Shown here: positions 1 to 9,013 of the stretch, piece after piece
How the letters are laid out: each line of letters begins with the position of its first letter
How positions within the stretch are numbered: position 1 is the stretch's first letter
NCBI GenBank assembly: GCA_963780225.1
Contig: CAWAAX010000026.1
Coordinates: 128,001 to 192,000 of the forward strand
Reading direction: 5' to 3'
Length of the DNA: 64,000 bases
DNA from: an uncultured bacterium
GTDB taxonomy: Bacteria; Edwardsbacteria; AC1; EtOH8
Translations under genes and position numbers: made by a program
Notes under the pieces: model-generated
Told to the model about the DNA's origin: nothing
Seen by the model: the letters and a program-made list of their open reading frames with translations, nothing else
Database searches by the model: none

Positions 1-373
1 TATCATAGTGATATGCTGTTTTCTTTCGTATTTTCCCCAAAACGGCTTTATCAAAGTGGTTTACTTTTTTTAAGTACAAAGTTGTTTTAGTTTTATAAAT
101 TTCAAAATCTTTATAAATATTCTTGCTTTTACGTAGTTCGTTTATTCCTTCATGTAGTATCCCGCATATAAAAAAGAAATAATTTTGTGTAGCACGTATT
201 TCCGAAGGCTTGCTCGCACCTGGTTTGATGGCAATTAAAGTATTCCTGCAGTAGTTGATAGAGTTCAATATACGTCCAAAAGTGAGAAATGAAATAAATA
301 TTGGATCGTTTTTATACTGATTGTACATAGCTTTTGACATACAATACCGCGAAGGTTCATTGGTAGGATGCAT
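1..373 (-). CDS. Partial hypothetical protein (runs off window start) with HEPN-like R-x5-H motif
   Basis: Manual translation of the minus strand from ATG at 373 (AGGAG RBS at 381-385) is open to the window edge: MHPTNEPSRYCMSKAM...LGKIRKKTAYHYD. AT-rich; absent from the ORF track because it has no stop. Confidence 0.6.
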   Translation of the reverse strand, partial: MHPTNEPSRYCMSKAMYNQYKNDPIFISFLTFGRILNSINYCRNTLIAIKPGASKPSEIRATQNYFFFICGILHEGINELRKSKNIYKDFEIYKTKTTLYLKKVNHFDKAVLGKIRKKTAYHYD

Positions 374-566
374 AATAAATCTCCTATTAACGAATAAGCA
401 ATAATAACTATGCGGTAGTACTATTTGTTGATTTTGTTCTATGTTGAGTATTTTTATATATTGTGCTACGGAACATGAAATCCAGTATGCCTGCTGGTCG
501 ATGTTATTGCCTGGGGGTAAATAATGAAATCTGAAAATACAAATATCAAATTGTAATTGTCCGATC

Positions 567-845
567 TTATTGTTTATGGTTCTTACTGTAACTCCAGAAT
601 AATATTCCACCAATTACTAAAGCTACAGTACTCAAACCCATAATTGGTTTATAAAAATTCTCTCCACAAAAAGCATATATAGCTCCGTTTATTGTCCAAA
701 CAGTAAAGAACATATACCAGTTTTTCTTCCTATTGTTTTCATCTATCTTTTCCGATTTACGCAACCATGCCCAAATTAAAATATGATAGAAAACAGAAGG
801 GATTACCGTTGCCCCTATGACTTTAGCTAATGCTACTGACCACAT
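567..845 (-). CDS. Small hypothetical membrane protein (about 3 TM helices)
   Basis: 92-aa ORF with three hydrophobic stretches; AT-rich. Confidence 0.55.
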   Translation of the reverse strand: MWSVALAKVIGATVIPSVFYHILIWAWLRKSEKIDENNRKKNWYMFFTVWTINGAIYAFCGENFYKPIMGLSTVALVIGGILFWSYSKNHKQ

Positions 846-892
846 CTTTATGGCCTTTCATGAATCAAGTATTTTGTGTTTTTGTGAATTGC

Positions 893-2143
893 TCACCCCA
901 GCATTATCGCATTGCCCTTGGGCACCACATAACAACTAAAATCCTTCCCGTGCCTTTCCCTTAAATACTCCACCGCGGCATTCAGGTCCGGCAGGCTCTT
1001 GAACTGCATCTTTTCCACCAGGGCCGGGTCCATTCCGCTGATCAGGCACACCCGGCATTTTTTCATCACCAAGGCCGTGGCGTAGGCCCGGTGGGCCTCG
1101 GCGGTGATCTGCTCCCGGGGGGTCTGCAGGATCTCGGCGGCGGAGTAGTCGCGCATCCAGCGCCCAAAATCCAATTGCCCCGCGCCTTCGGGGCACTGGC
1201 CCACCAGCACGATCGTTCCGCCGGGTTTTACCGCCGGGGCCACGTTGTTAAGGATCCTCTGCATCTGGTAAAGGTCTATGTCCAGCGGGTGGCCGCCGGC
1301 CGAGGCGATCACGCAGTCCGCCGGCTCTTTCACCGGCGCCGACCAGACCTGGCGGCACAGTTCCACCCCTTCCAGCCAGGCTTTTTGCCAGTGTCCGGCG
1401 AAAACTCCGGCGATCTCGCCGTCCGGGGTGGGAACCACGTTCAAAAGAAAATCTATCCCGGCCAGTTCGGCCGCCTTTTCCATCTCTTCATGGATGGGGT
1501 TGCTTTCCAGCCTGCCCGGGGCGTTATGTCCCAGGGTTATCATCGCATGGTTTTGGGCTATGGTGGTCCTGGCGGCGCAGCCGGGCATCACCGCCTTGCG
1601 GCCGCCGGAGAACCCGGCCAGGTAGTGGGGGGTGATCTTGCCGGTGGCGATGGTGAAATCCGAGGTTAAAAGCAGCTCGTTCAGCTCTATCTCCCGGCCG
1701 TTGACATTGCCCACCGAGATGCATCCCTTGTCGCAGTTGTGGGCGTACAGGTTAAGCTGGTCGAACACCCTTTCTCCGTAAAGTTCCTGGCGCTCCTCGC
1801 AGGTGGGGGCCCGGTGGCTGCCGGTGGCTATCAGGGCGCGGACCTGGTTGCATTCTATTCCGGCCAGATTCATCTGGTCGCATAGGGCGTTCAGTATCTG
1901 GGGATAATGAGGAATGACCCGGGTGTGGTCCGACAGAATCAGCAAAATGCTTTTGGGGCACCGGGCTAGCAGAAGCTCCTTCAAAGAAGGGCTTTGGATG
2001 GGGCGCTCCAGGGCTTGGGTCACCGCCAAAGGAACATCGGCCAGTCCGGGAACCGTCGGCAGGCTTAAAATGCCTGACAGATTGGCTTCCGGAAGGGAAA
2101 GGGTGGTCTTACCTAGGCCGTAACCAAGGGTGATATCTGGCAT
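893..2143 (-). CDS. larA: Nickel-dependent lactate racemase (LarA) family protein
   Basis: Motifs SDHTR, ATGSHR, PHYLAGFSGGRKAVMPG, NPIHEEM, GGHPLDIDLYQ, CPEGAG; 416 aa. Confidence 0.88.
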   Translation of the reverse strand: MPDITLGYGLGKTTLSLPEANLSGILSLPTVPGLADVPLAVTQALERPIQSPSLKELLLARCPKSILLILSDHTRVIPHYPQILNALCDQMNLAGIECNQVRALIATGSHRAPTCEERQELYGERVFDQLNLYAHNCDKGCISVGNVNGREIELNELLLTSDFTIATGKITPHYLAGFSGGRKAVMPGCAARTTIAQNHAMITLGHNAPGRLESNPIHEEMEKAAELAGIDFLLNVVPTPDGEIAGVFAGHWQKAWLEGVELCRQVWSAPVKEPADCVIASAGGHPLDIDLYQMQRILNNVAPAVKPGGTIVLVGQCPEGAGQLDFGRWMRDYSAAEILQTPREQITAEAHRAYATALVMKKCRVCLISGMDPALVEKMQFKSLPDLNAAVEYLRERHGKDFSCYVVPKGNAIMLG

Positions 2144-2245
2144 GGTTTCCTCTAAGCAAACGTTGGCCCATTAACGGATTATAATCATTAACTATACGCT
2201 TAAAAAACATTGCAGTCAAGAAGAAAATATAATAAAAACTACCCT

Positions 2246-2280
2246 TTGACTTTGGAGTTGATTTGTGATAAAATTCACAT
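2246..2280 (+). promoter_or_regulatory. Sigma70-type promoter of gdhA overlapped by a Rex/CRP-like operator
   Basis: TTGACT(2246)-17 nt-TAAAAT(2269); palindrome TTGTGATAAAATTCACAT at 2263-2280. Confidence 0.6.
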
Positions 2281-2289
2281 TCTTCTTCT

Positions 2290-2436
2290 GCCACAAAGGC
2301 ACAAAGACACTAAACCCGATCACCAAACATACTTTTCAAAATCATTTTTACCTTTGCCACAAAGGCACAAAGACACAAATACTATTAACGATCTTCAATT
2401 AAATTAACGAAATTAGTGCCTTAGTGTCTTGGTGGC
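2290..2436. repeat. 9-nt-periodic inverted repeat element (GCCACAAAGGCACAAAGACAC family)
   Basis: Two direct copies (2290, 2356) and an inverted degenerate copy (2414-2436); relatives at about 16641-16748, 24630, 28623-28705, 45138-45233. Confidence 0.7.
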
Positions 2437-2507
2437 TATATTGGTGCCTCGTTCCTTTTGTAACCAATAACCCATAATATAAATCCAAAATTCAAGGAGA
2501 AACTGCC

Positions 2508-3794
2508 ATGGCGGACAAATCCTTCAATGCCTTCAAAATGGCCCAGGAGCAATTCGACAAGGTTGCCGAAAAGCTGGGCCTGGACCAGGCCACCCGCGAC
2601 CTGCTCCGCACCCCCCTGCGCGAGATCCATTTCTCCATCCCGGTGCGGATGGACGACGGCTCGGTCAAGGTCTTTCAGGGATACCGGGTACAGCACAACG
2701 ACTCCCGCGGGCCCTGCAAGGGCGGCATCCGCTTCCACCCCCAGGAAACAGTGGACACCGTCAAGGCACTGGCCACCTGGATGACCTGGAAGTGCTCGGT
2801 GGTTGACATTCCGCTGGGCGGCGGCAAGGGCGGAGTGATCTGCGACCCGCATCACCTGTCAGAGCGCGAACAGGAAGGCATCTGCCGCGGATGGATCCGC
2901 CAGGTGGCCTTCAACGTGGGCCCGGTCCAGGACGTTCCGGCCCCCGACGTGATGACCAACGGCCAGCACATGGTGTGGATGATGGACGAGTACGAGAGGA
3001 TCCACAACGGCAAGTTCCCGGGCATGATCACCGGCAAGCCGCTGGGCGTGGGCGGATCTTTGGGCCGGACCGAGGCCACCGGCTACGGCGCGGTCTACTG
3101 CATGCGCGAGGCCCTGCGCGAGATGGGCATCGACATCAAGAAGACCAAGGCGGCCTTCCAGGGATTCGGCAACGTCTCCCAGTACGCCGTCAAGCTGTAC
3201 AAGGAATACGGTGGAACCCCGGTCTGCGTGTCCTGCTGGGACCAGACCGACCAGAAGTCATACACCTTCCTCAAGAAGAGCGGAGTGGACGCCGATGAGC
3301 TGCTGAAGTTCACCGACCGTTTCGGCGGGATCAACAAGGACAAGGCCAAGGCCGCCGGCTACGAAGTGCTTTCCGGCGACGCCTGGATCGAGCAGGACGT
3401 GGAGATCCTGGTGCCGGCCGCCCTGGAGAACCAGATCACCAAGGACAACGCCCCCAAGATGGGCAAGAACGTCAAGCTGATCGTGGAAGGCGCCAACGGG
3501 CCGACCACCCCCGAAGCCGACGAGATCATCCACCAGCGCGGCATCTTCATGATCCCCGACTTTTTGGCCAACGCCGGCGGCGTCACCTGCAGCTATTTTG
3601 AGCAGGTGCAGTGCAACATGAACTACTTCTGGACCAAGGACGAAGTGCTTTCCAAGCTGGACACCAAGATGACCGACGCCTTCCTGAAGGTTTCGGCCCT
3701 GGCCAGGGAAAAGAAGGTCTACATGCGCGACGCGGCCTACATGATCGCCATTCAGCGCGTGGCCGATGCCTGCAAGATTAGGGGCTGGGTATAA
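2508..3794 (+). CDS. gdhA: Glu/Leu/Phe/Val dehydrogenase (glutamate dehydrogenase)
   Basis: KGGIRFHP, MTWK, GGGKGG, DVPAPD, GRTEATG, QGFGNV, EGANGPTT, NAGGV; AGGAG RBS. Confidence 0.93.
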   Translation: MADKSFNAFKMAQEQFDKVAEKLGLDQATRDLLRTPLREIHFSIPVRMDDGSVKVFQGYRVQHNDSRGPCKGGIRFHPQETVDTVKALATWMTWKCSVVDIPLGGGKGGVICDPHHLSEREQEGICRGWIRQVAFNVGPVQDVPAPDVMTNGQHMVWMMDEYERIHNGKFPGMITGKPLGVGGSLGRTEATGYGAVYCMREALREMGIDIKKTKAAFQGFGNVSQYAVKLYKEYGGTPVCVSCWDQTDQKSYTFLKKSGVDADELLKFTDRFGGINKDKAKAAGYEVLSGDAWIEQDVEILVPAALENQITKDNAPKMGKNVKLIVEGANGPTTPEADEIIHQRGIFMIPDFLANAGGVTCSYFEQVQCNMNYFWTKDEVLSKLDTKMTDAFLKVSALAREKKVYMRDAAYMIAIQRVADACKIRGWV

Positions 3795-3848
3795 GCTTAG
3801 GGACTTGGGAACAGGGAACAGATTATAGGGTTTTAGATCATGGTAAAA

Positions 3849-3880
3849 TTATAGCCCAGGCCTTAAGGCCTGGGCTATAA
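3849..3880. terminator. Perfect inverted repeat between convergent genes, probable bidirectional terminator
   Basis: TTATAGCCCAGGCCTTAAGGCCTGGGCTATAA. Confidence 0.7.
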
Positions 3881-3917
3881 TTATGGTTGTATTTTAAAGG
3901 AATTTGGAATATACTAA

Positions 3918-4463
3918 TCACTCGGACCGCTTCTTTACTTCCTTGCAGGCTCCGTTCTTAAGGCAGGGTCCGGGCTTGCCCAGCAGGCAGGCGAAACGTC
4001 TTATGGTATGATACAGTCCTATCGCAATGAAGGCGATGCTGACCACCGTGTGCCAGTAGGAAAAATTGAAGCCCAGGGCAGGTCTTTGGTCAAACGGCAG
4101 AACGAAGTAAAGCCCGCTTAAGGCCGAGCCCAGGAAACTCAGCAGCAGCAGCCAGTTCCACATGGTCTGCAGTATCGGGATCTTTTTAACGTTCTTTCTG
4201 GCAAACAGCTCGGTGGCCAGTCCCAGTATCCCGGTGATGATCAGGATCTCCCAGAAATAGTAGTTGACCCGTGGCGCGGCCGGGGCAGCCGGCGCGGCCA
4301 GGCCTTCGGTTTCGGACAGGTCGCAGAGGCTGTCAACATTGGTGTCCCGGTAACCGGCGCACTGACCGGGCAGGGAGTCGTTCTTCAGCCCCAGCGGACA
4401 GGTGTCCTGGGCCAGGGCGGAGGAAGCCAGGAGAAACAGGAAGAAGAATATTGTTTTGGGCAT
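3918..4463 (-). CDS. Hypothetical membrane protein with signal peptide, Cys-rich N-terminus and DUF4405-like TM region
   Basis: MPKTIFFFLFLLASSALAQD signal; CP..C..DTNVDSLCDLS; TM helices with two His (YWHT, LYH); start uncertain. Confidence 0.6.
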   Translation of the reverse strand: MPKTIFFFLFLLASSALAQDTCPLGLKNDSLPGQCAGYRDTNVDSLCDLSETEGLAAPAAPAAPRVNYYFWEILIITGILGLATELFARKNVKKIPILQTMWNWLLLLSFLGSALSGLYFVLPFDQRPALGFNFSYWHTVVSIAFIAIGLYHTIRRFACLLGKPGPCLKNGACKEVKKRSE

Positions 4464-4508
4464 AAAGTCTTTCATTTTCAATGTTAAAATGATTTTTAGG
4501 CACAAGCG

Positions 4509-4742
4509 GTGACTTCGGTACAACCGCCACAGGCGGTCACTCAGTCACCACTTGTCTTCTGTCGGGGGCGGAGCAGGCCGTCAAAGCCGTATCGAAGACC
4601 CCGTTTAGTAATTATGTTAACCCACAATCAGTCATTTGTCAACCCGGAGACGGGGCTTCGATACGGTCACAATGACCTACTCAGCCCCCGGGGGATCGGG
4701 GCTTCGATACGGTCACAACGACCTACTCAGCCCCCGGGGATC
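4509..4742. repeat. Cluster of TTCGA..CTCAG REP-like elements, including a 46-bp tandem duplication
   Basis: GGGGCTTCGATACGGTCACAAYGACCTACTCAGCCCC at 4652 and 4698; variant GTGACTTCGGTAC...ACTCAGTCAC at 4509. Confidence 0.75.
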
Positions 4743-4769
4743 TCAGAGACATTGAACTATGGATAGAAC

Positions 4770-6020
4770 ATGAATGAAACCCGGCAGAACATAAAAGCCA
4801 GGACGCTCCAGACCTTCTCGGCCCTGAAGCACCGGAACTTCCGGCTGTTCTGGACCGGGCAGTTCGTCTCGCTGATCGGCACCTGGATGCAGACCGTGGC
4901 CCAGGGCTGGCTGGTGCTGCAGCTGACCAATTCGGCCTTTCTGCTGGGCACGGTCAACGCCATCGGCTCGCTGCCGGTGCTGCTGTTCGCCCTGCCGGGC
5001 GGGGTCATCGCCGACCGGGTGAACAAGCGGCGGATACTGCTTTTCACCCAGACCGTGGCCATGATCCTGGCCTTCATCCTGGCGGCCCTCACCCACCTGC
5101 ACAACACCGGGGTCATCGTCCTCAAGGTCTGGTACGTGGTGGCCATCGCCGCCGTGGGCGGCACGGTCTTTGCCCTGGACGGCCCGGCCCGGCAGTCCTT
5201 TTTCATAGAACTGGTGGGCAAGAAGGATCTTTTAAACGCCATCGCCCTCAATTCCACCATCTTCAACGGGGCTCGGATCATGGGCCCGGCCCTGGCCGGG
5301 ATCCTGATCGGCGTCATCGGCACCGCGGGCTGCTTCTTCCTGAACGGCCTGAGCTTTGTGGCGGTGATCATCGGCCTTCTGATGATCCGGACCGACGTCC
5401 CGGTTTCCAAAAGATCCGATTCCCCCTGGGGCGACATGAAGCAGGGTCTGAAATATGTCTGGAACCACAAGACGGTAAGGGCCTTGATCCTGATAGTGGC
5501 GTTGTTCAGCATCTTCGGCATGCCCTATGTGGTGCTGATGCCCATCTTTGCCCGGGACATCCTGCAGAAGGGCGCCAGCGGGCTGGGCTTTTTGATGGCC
5601 GCCACCGGACTGGGGGCTTTGGCCGGATCGCTGACCCTGGCGGCCTTCAGCCAGATCCAGAGGAAAGGGACCCTGGTCTTCTGGGCCGGGATAGTTTTCT
5701 CCCTGACCACTTTGGCCTTTGCTTTTTCCCGCAATTACATCCTGTCCCTGGCCATCCTGCCGCTGGTGGGGCTTTCCATGGTCAGCCAGGTGGCCACGGT
5801 CAACACCATGATCCAGAGCACGGTCAGCGACCAGATGCGGGGCCGGGTGATGGGGGTGTTCACCATGATGTTCATGGGGATGATGCCATTCGGAAGCTTC
5901 ATCGCCGGGTCCATAGCCTCGCGCTGGGGCGCGCCCTTTGCCCTGCAGCTGGGGGCGGGGATCTGCTTTTGCGCCACCTTGGCGATCTACAAGCTGGTGC
6001 CGGACCTGTGGAAGATGTGA
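4770..6020 (+). CDS. MFS transporter (MFS_3/DHA3-like)
   Basis: ALKHRNFRLFWTGQFVSLIGTWMQ, GGVIADRVNKRR, MRGRVMG; about 12 TM helices. Confidence 0.9.
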   Translation: MNETRQNIKARTLQTFSALKHRNFRLFWTGQFVSLIGTWMQTVAQGWLVLQLTNSAFLLGTVNAIGSLPVLLFALPGGVIADRVNKRRILLFTQTVAMILAFILAALTHLHNTGVIVLKVWYVVAIAAVGGTVFALDGPARQSFFIELVGKKDLLNAIALNSTIFNGARIMGPALAGILIGVIGTAGCFFLNGLSFVAVIIGLLMIRTDVPVSKRSDSPWGDMKQGLKYVWNHKTVRALILIVALFSIFGMPYVVLMPIFARDILQKGASGLGFLMAATGLGALAGSLTLAAFSQIQRKGTLVFWAGIVFSLTTLAFAFSRNYILSLAILPLVGLSMVSQVATVNTMIQSTVSDQMRGRVMGVFTMMFMGMMPFGSFIAGSIASRWGAPFALQLGAGICFCATLAIYKLVPDLWKM

Positions 6021-6116
6021 TACCGGGGGAACGTTTTGCCACCCTTCGATACACTCAGGGTAAACTCCGACACGGAGACACAGAGGAGAAATATTTATAA
6101 TTAGATAGGACAGAAG

Positions 6117-6437
6117 ATGGAAGAACAGATCAAACCATTGTCCCAAGAAGAATGGCAGGACCTGAAGGACGAGCTTTTCGCCCTGCTGGATATTACCTAC
6201 GACTACAGCGCCAACGTGGCCACTTTGGAGCAGATCAGCGTCCGCAGGCAGAAGGAGGAGAGCGAGGCCCAGTACACCAAGCGCTCCCACGACGTCTACA
6301 ACAAGCGGTTCAAGGAGGTCAAGGCCAACAGCTACGACCGGGTGGTGAAGCTGGTGGGGTACGTCAAGCGGCTGGGCCTGCCGCAGGAGCTTTGGCCCAA
6401 GGAAATGGAAGTCGGCGGGGACAAACCTGGCAAGTAA
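6117..6437 (+). CDS. Hypothetical protein
   Basis: 106-aa ORF with host-like codon usage and an AGGA RBS. Confidence 0.65.
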   Translation: MEEQIKPLSQEEWQDLKDELFALLDITYDYSANVATLEQISVRRQKEESEAQYTKRSHDVYNKRFKEVKANSYDRVVKLVGYVKRLGLPQELWPKEMEVGGDKPGK

Positions 6438-6474
6438 TGATCTCTTCCCACTAAGATCACGAAAGATACCTACC

Positions 6475-6502
6475 GTAAGGGCAATTCATGAATTGCCCCA
6501 AC
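6475..6502. repeat. GTAG-type REP palindrome (degenerate)
   Basis: GTAAGGGCAATTCATGAATTGCCCCAAC. Confidence 0.6.
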
Positions 6503-6518
6503 TATAATACGATACGAA

Positions 6519-7520
6519 ATGAAAAAACCAAAGATCACGATCATCTTCACCGGCGGGACAATCGCCATGAAAGCCAGCAAACAGAAGGGCGGGGCGGTGC
6601 CGGCCCTCAAGGGAAAAGACCTGTTGCGCCAGGTGCCGGAGATCGCCAGGATCGCCGCGGTCACGGTCCACGACTTCGGCCAGTACCCCGGCCCGCACAT
6701 GACCCCCCGGCTGATGCTGGAGCTTTCCCAGCTGGTCAAAAAACACCTGTCACAAAAGGACACGGACGGGGTGATAGTCACCCACGGCACCGACACCCTG
6801 GAGGAGACCGCCTTCTTTCTGGACCTGTGCCTCAATTCCCAGAAGCCGGTGGTGGTGGTGGGCGCCATGAAGGACTGCACCGAGCTGGGCTGGGACGGGC
6901 CCTCCAACCTGATGGGCGCGGTGCGCACAGCGCTGTCCCCGCAGTCAAAAGGCAAGGGGGTGCTGGTCTTTCTTAACAACACCATCAACTCGGCCGGCGA
7001 GGTCACCAAGACCAGCACCGACTCCTTCGAGACCTTCCGCAGCCCCGACCTCGGCCCCCTGGGCTGGGTGGACCAGGACCGGGTGCTTTTCTACCGCCAG
7101 CCGCTGTACCGGGAATATCACCCGGTCAAAAAGATCGAGTCCCGGGTGGACCTGTTCAAGATGGCGGTGGGCATGGACGACAGGCTGATCAGGTATTCTG
7201 TTGACTCCGGCGCCCGGGGCCTGGTGATAGAGGGCATGGGCCGGGGCAACGTGCCGCCTTCGGTGGTGCCGGGGATCGAGTACGCCGTCAAAAAAGGCCT
7301 GCCTGTGGTGCTATGCACCCGCTGCATCGGCGGCCGGGTGCTGGACACCTACGCCTACCCGGGCGGCGGGGCCCAGCTGAGAAAACTGGGCGTCATCCTG
7401 GGCGGGCACCTGCCGGGGCAGAAGGCCCGGATCAAGCTGATGATCCTGCTGGGGCAGGGCTTGGACAACAAAAAAATAAAACAGGCTTTCGAATGCCTGG
7501 AATACGGGTGCAGTAAATAA
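6519..7520 (+). CDS. L-asparaginase (cytoplasmic, no signal peptide)
   Basis: TGGTIAM and HGTDTLEETA motifs; QKARIKL C-terminus. Confidence 0.92.
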   Translation: MKKPKITIIFTGGTIAMKASKQKGGAVPALKGKDLLRQVPEIARIAAVTVHDFGQYPGPHMTPRLMLELSQLVKKHLSQKDTDGVIVTHGTDTLEETAFFLDLCLNSQKPVVVVGAMKDCTELGWDGPSNLMGAVRTALSPQSKGKGVLVFLNNTINSAGEVTKTSTDSFETFRSPDLGPLGWVDQDRVLFYRQPLYREYHPVKKIESRVDLFKMAVGMDDRLIRYSVDSGARGLVIEGMGRGNVPPSVVPGIEYAVKKGLPVVLCTRCIGGRVLDTYAYPGGGAQLRKLGVILGGHLPGQKARIKLMILLGQGLDNKKIKQAFECLEYGCSK

Positions 7521-7551
7521 CCAGCGCAAAACAACTTTATCCTGACTTTAA

Positions 7552-8955
7552 ATGAAAAATCATCTTACCCTGAATCCTGAGATCATAGGAAAGTTGAAGG
7601 CCATCGTCGGGGAGAAATACCTGATAACCCTGGACGACGACAAGGAGCCCTATTCCCACGACGAGACCCTGAACCACAAGTTCATGCCGGCGGCGGTGGT
7701 CAAGCCGGCCGGCACGGCGGAGGTCTCGGCCATAATGAAACTGGCCAGTTCCGAAAAGATCCCGGTCACTCCCCGGGGGGCCGGCACCGGGCTTTCCGGC
7801 GGGGCTTTGCCGGTGTGCGGGGGGATAGTGCTTTCCCTGGAACGGCTGAATAAGGTCATAGAGATAGACGAAGAGAACCTGATGGCCGTCACCCAGCCGG
7901 CGGTGATCACCCAGACACTGCAACTGGCGGCGGAGGAAAAAGGGTTGTTCTACCCGCCCGACCCGGCCAGCCTGGATTCCTGTTCCATCGGCGGCAACAT
8001 CGCCGAGAACGCAGGCGGGCCAAGGGCCTTCAAATACGGGGTCACCCGGCATTACCTGTGCGGGCTGGAGGTGGTCTGGCCCAACGGGGAAATATCGCGG
8101 CTGGGCGGCAAGACCATCAAGAACGTTTCGGGCTACGACCTGATGCACCTGATCTGCGGGTCAGAAGGCACGCTGGCCGTGGTCACCGAGATCACCCTGC
8201 GCCTGGTGCCCAAGCCGCCGCTGGCGGTGGACCTGATGATCCCCTTTTCCTCCATCGAGGACGCCGTGCGGGCCTGCACCGCGGTGATCAGGGGCCGGAT
8301 CATCCCGGCCACCATGGAATTCATGGACCAGAGGGCGGTGCTGGCGGCGGAAAAGTTCCTGGAAAAGCGGGCGCCGTTCCGGGAGGCCGGGGCGCATCTG
8401 TTGGTCCAACTGGACGGCGACGACCGCCAGGCGCTGACCGCCGATTACGAAAAGATAGGCAGGATAGTCTCGGACTTCGGGGCGCTGGACGTGCTGGTGG
8501 CCGAGGATCGGCCGTCGCGCGACCGGATCTGGGAGATGCGGCGCTGCATGGCCGACGCCCTGACCCAAATGAGCCCGGTGCGCGAGCGCGAGGACGTGGT
8601 GGTGCCCCGGGCCGCCATCCCGGAGCTGTTCCACAAGCTTAAGGGCCTGTCGGAAAAGCACGGGGCGGAGATCATCTCCTACGGCCACATCGGCGACGGC
8701 AACGTCCATGTCAACATCATGAAGCAGGGGATGGCCCCGGAGGTTTGGGAGCGGATGCTTCCCGTACTGCTGGATGAGATGTTCCGCGAGGTGATGGCGC
8801 TGGGCGGAACAATTTCCGGCGAGCACGGCATCGGATACGTCAAGAAGAAATACCTGCCGCTGGCGGTGAACGGCCCGGCCCTGGCCATGATGAAAGCGGT
8901 GAAGCAGGCCTGGGACCCGGAGGGGATATTGAACCCGGAGAAGATATTCCTGTAA
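7552..8955 (+). CDS. FAD-linked oxidase, GlcD/D-lactate dehydrogenase family
   Basis: PRGAGTGLSGG, YPPDPAS, GSEGTL, GHIGDGNVH, SGEHGIG, ILNPEKIF. Confidence 0.9.
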   Translation: MKNHLTLNPEIIGKLKAIVGEKYLITLDDDKEPYSHDETLNHKFMPAAVVKPAGTAEVSAIMKLASSEKIPVTPRGAGTGLSGGALPVCGGIVLSLERLNKVIEIDEENLMAVTQPAVITQTLQLAAEEKGLFYPPDPASLDSCSIGGNIAENAGGPRAFKYGVTRHYLCGLEVVWPNGEISRLGGKTIKNVSGYDLMHLICGSEGTLAVVTEITLRLVPKPPLAVDLMIPFSSIEDAVRACTAVIRGRIIPATMEFMDQRAVLAAEKFLEKRAPFREAGAHLLVQLDGDDRQALTADYEKIGRIVSDFGALDVLVAEDRPSRDRIWEMRRCMADALTQMSPVREREDVVVPRAAIPELFHKLKGLSEKHGAEIISYGHIGDGNVHVNIMKQGMAPEVWERMLPVLLDEMFREVMALGGTISGEHGIGYVKKKYLPLAVNGPALAMMKAVKQAWDPEGILNPEKIFL

Positions 8956-8969
8956 GGTCATTCAATCAA

Positions 8970-8999
8970 TGTAGGGACACGGCATGCCGTGTCCCTACA
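8970..8999. repeat. GTAG-type REP perfect palindrome
   Basis: TGTAGGGACACGGCATGCCGTGTCCCTACA. Confidence 0.8.
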
Positions 9000-9013
9000 A
9001 GTAAAAAGGAAAC

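Noticed and set aside
4651..4742. 46-bp tandem as a mini-CRISPR or tRNA fragment
   Set aside because: Only two abutting copies with no spacer and no cloverleaf; this is a dispersed REP-like family.
5232..6290. Long antisense or alternative-frame ORFs (for example 5232-6290, 47193-48404, 51507-52685, 52049-53113, 60963-61943)
   Set aside because: They are shadow ORFs of GC-rich genes, with no recognisable motifs and full overlap with well-supported CDSs.
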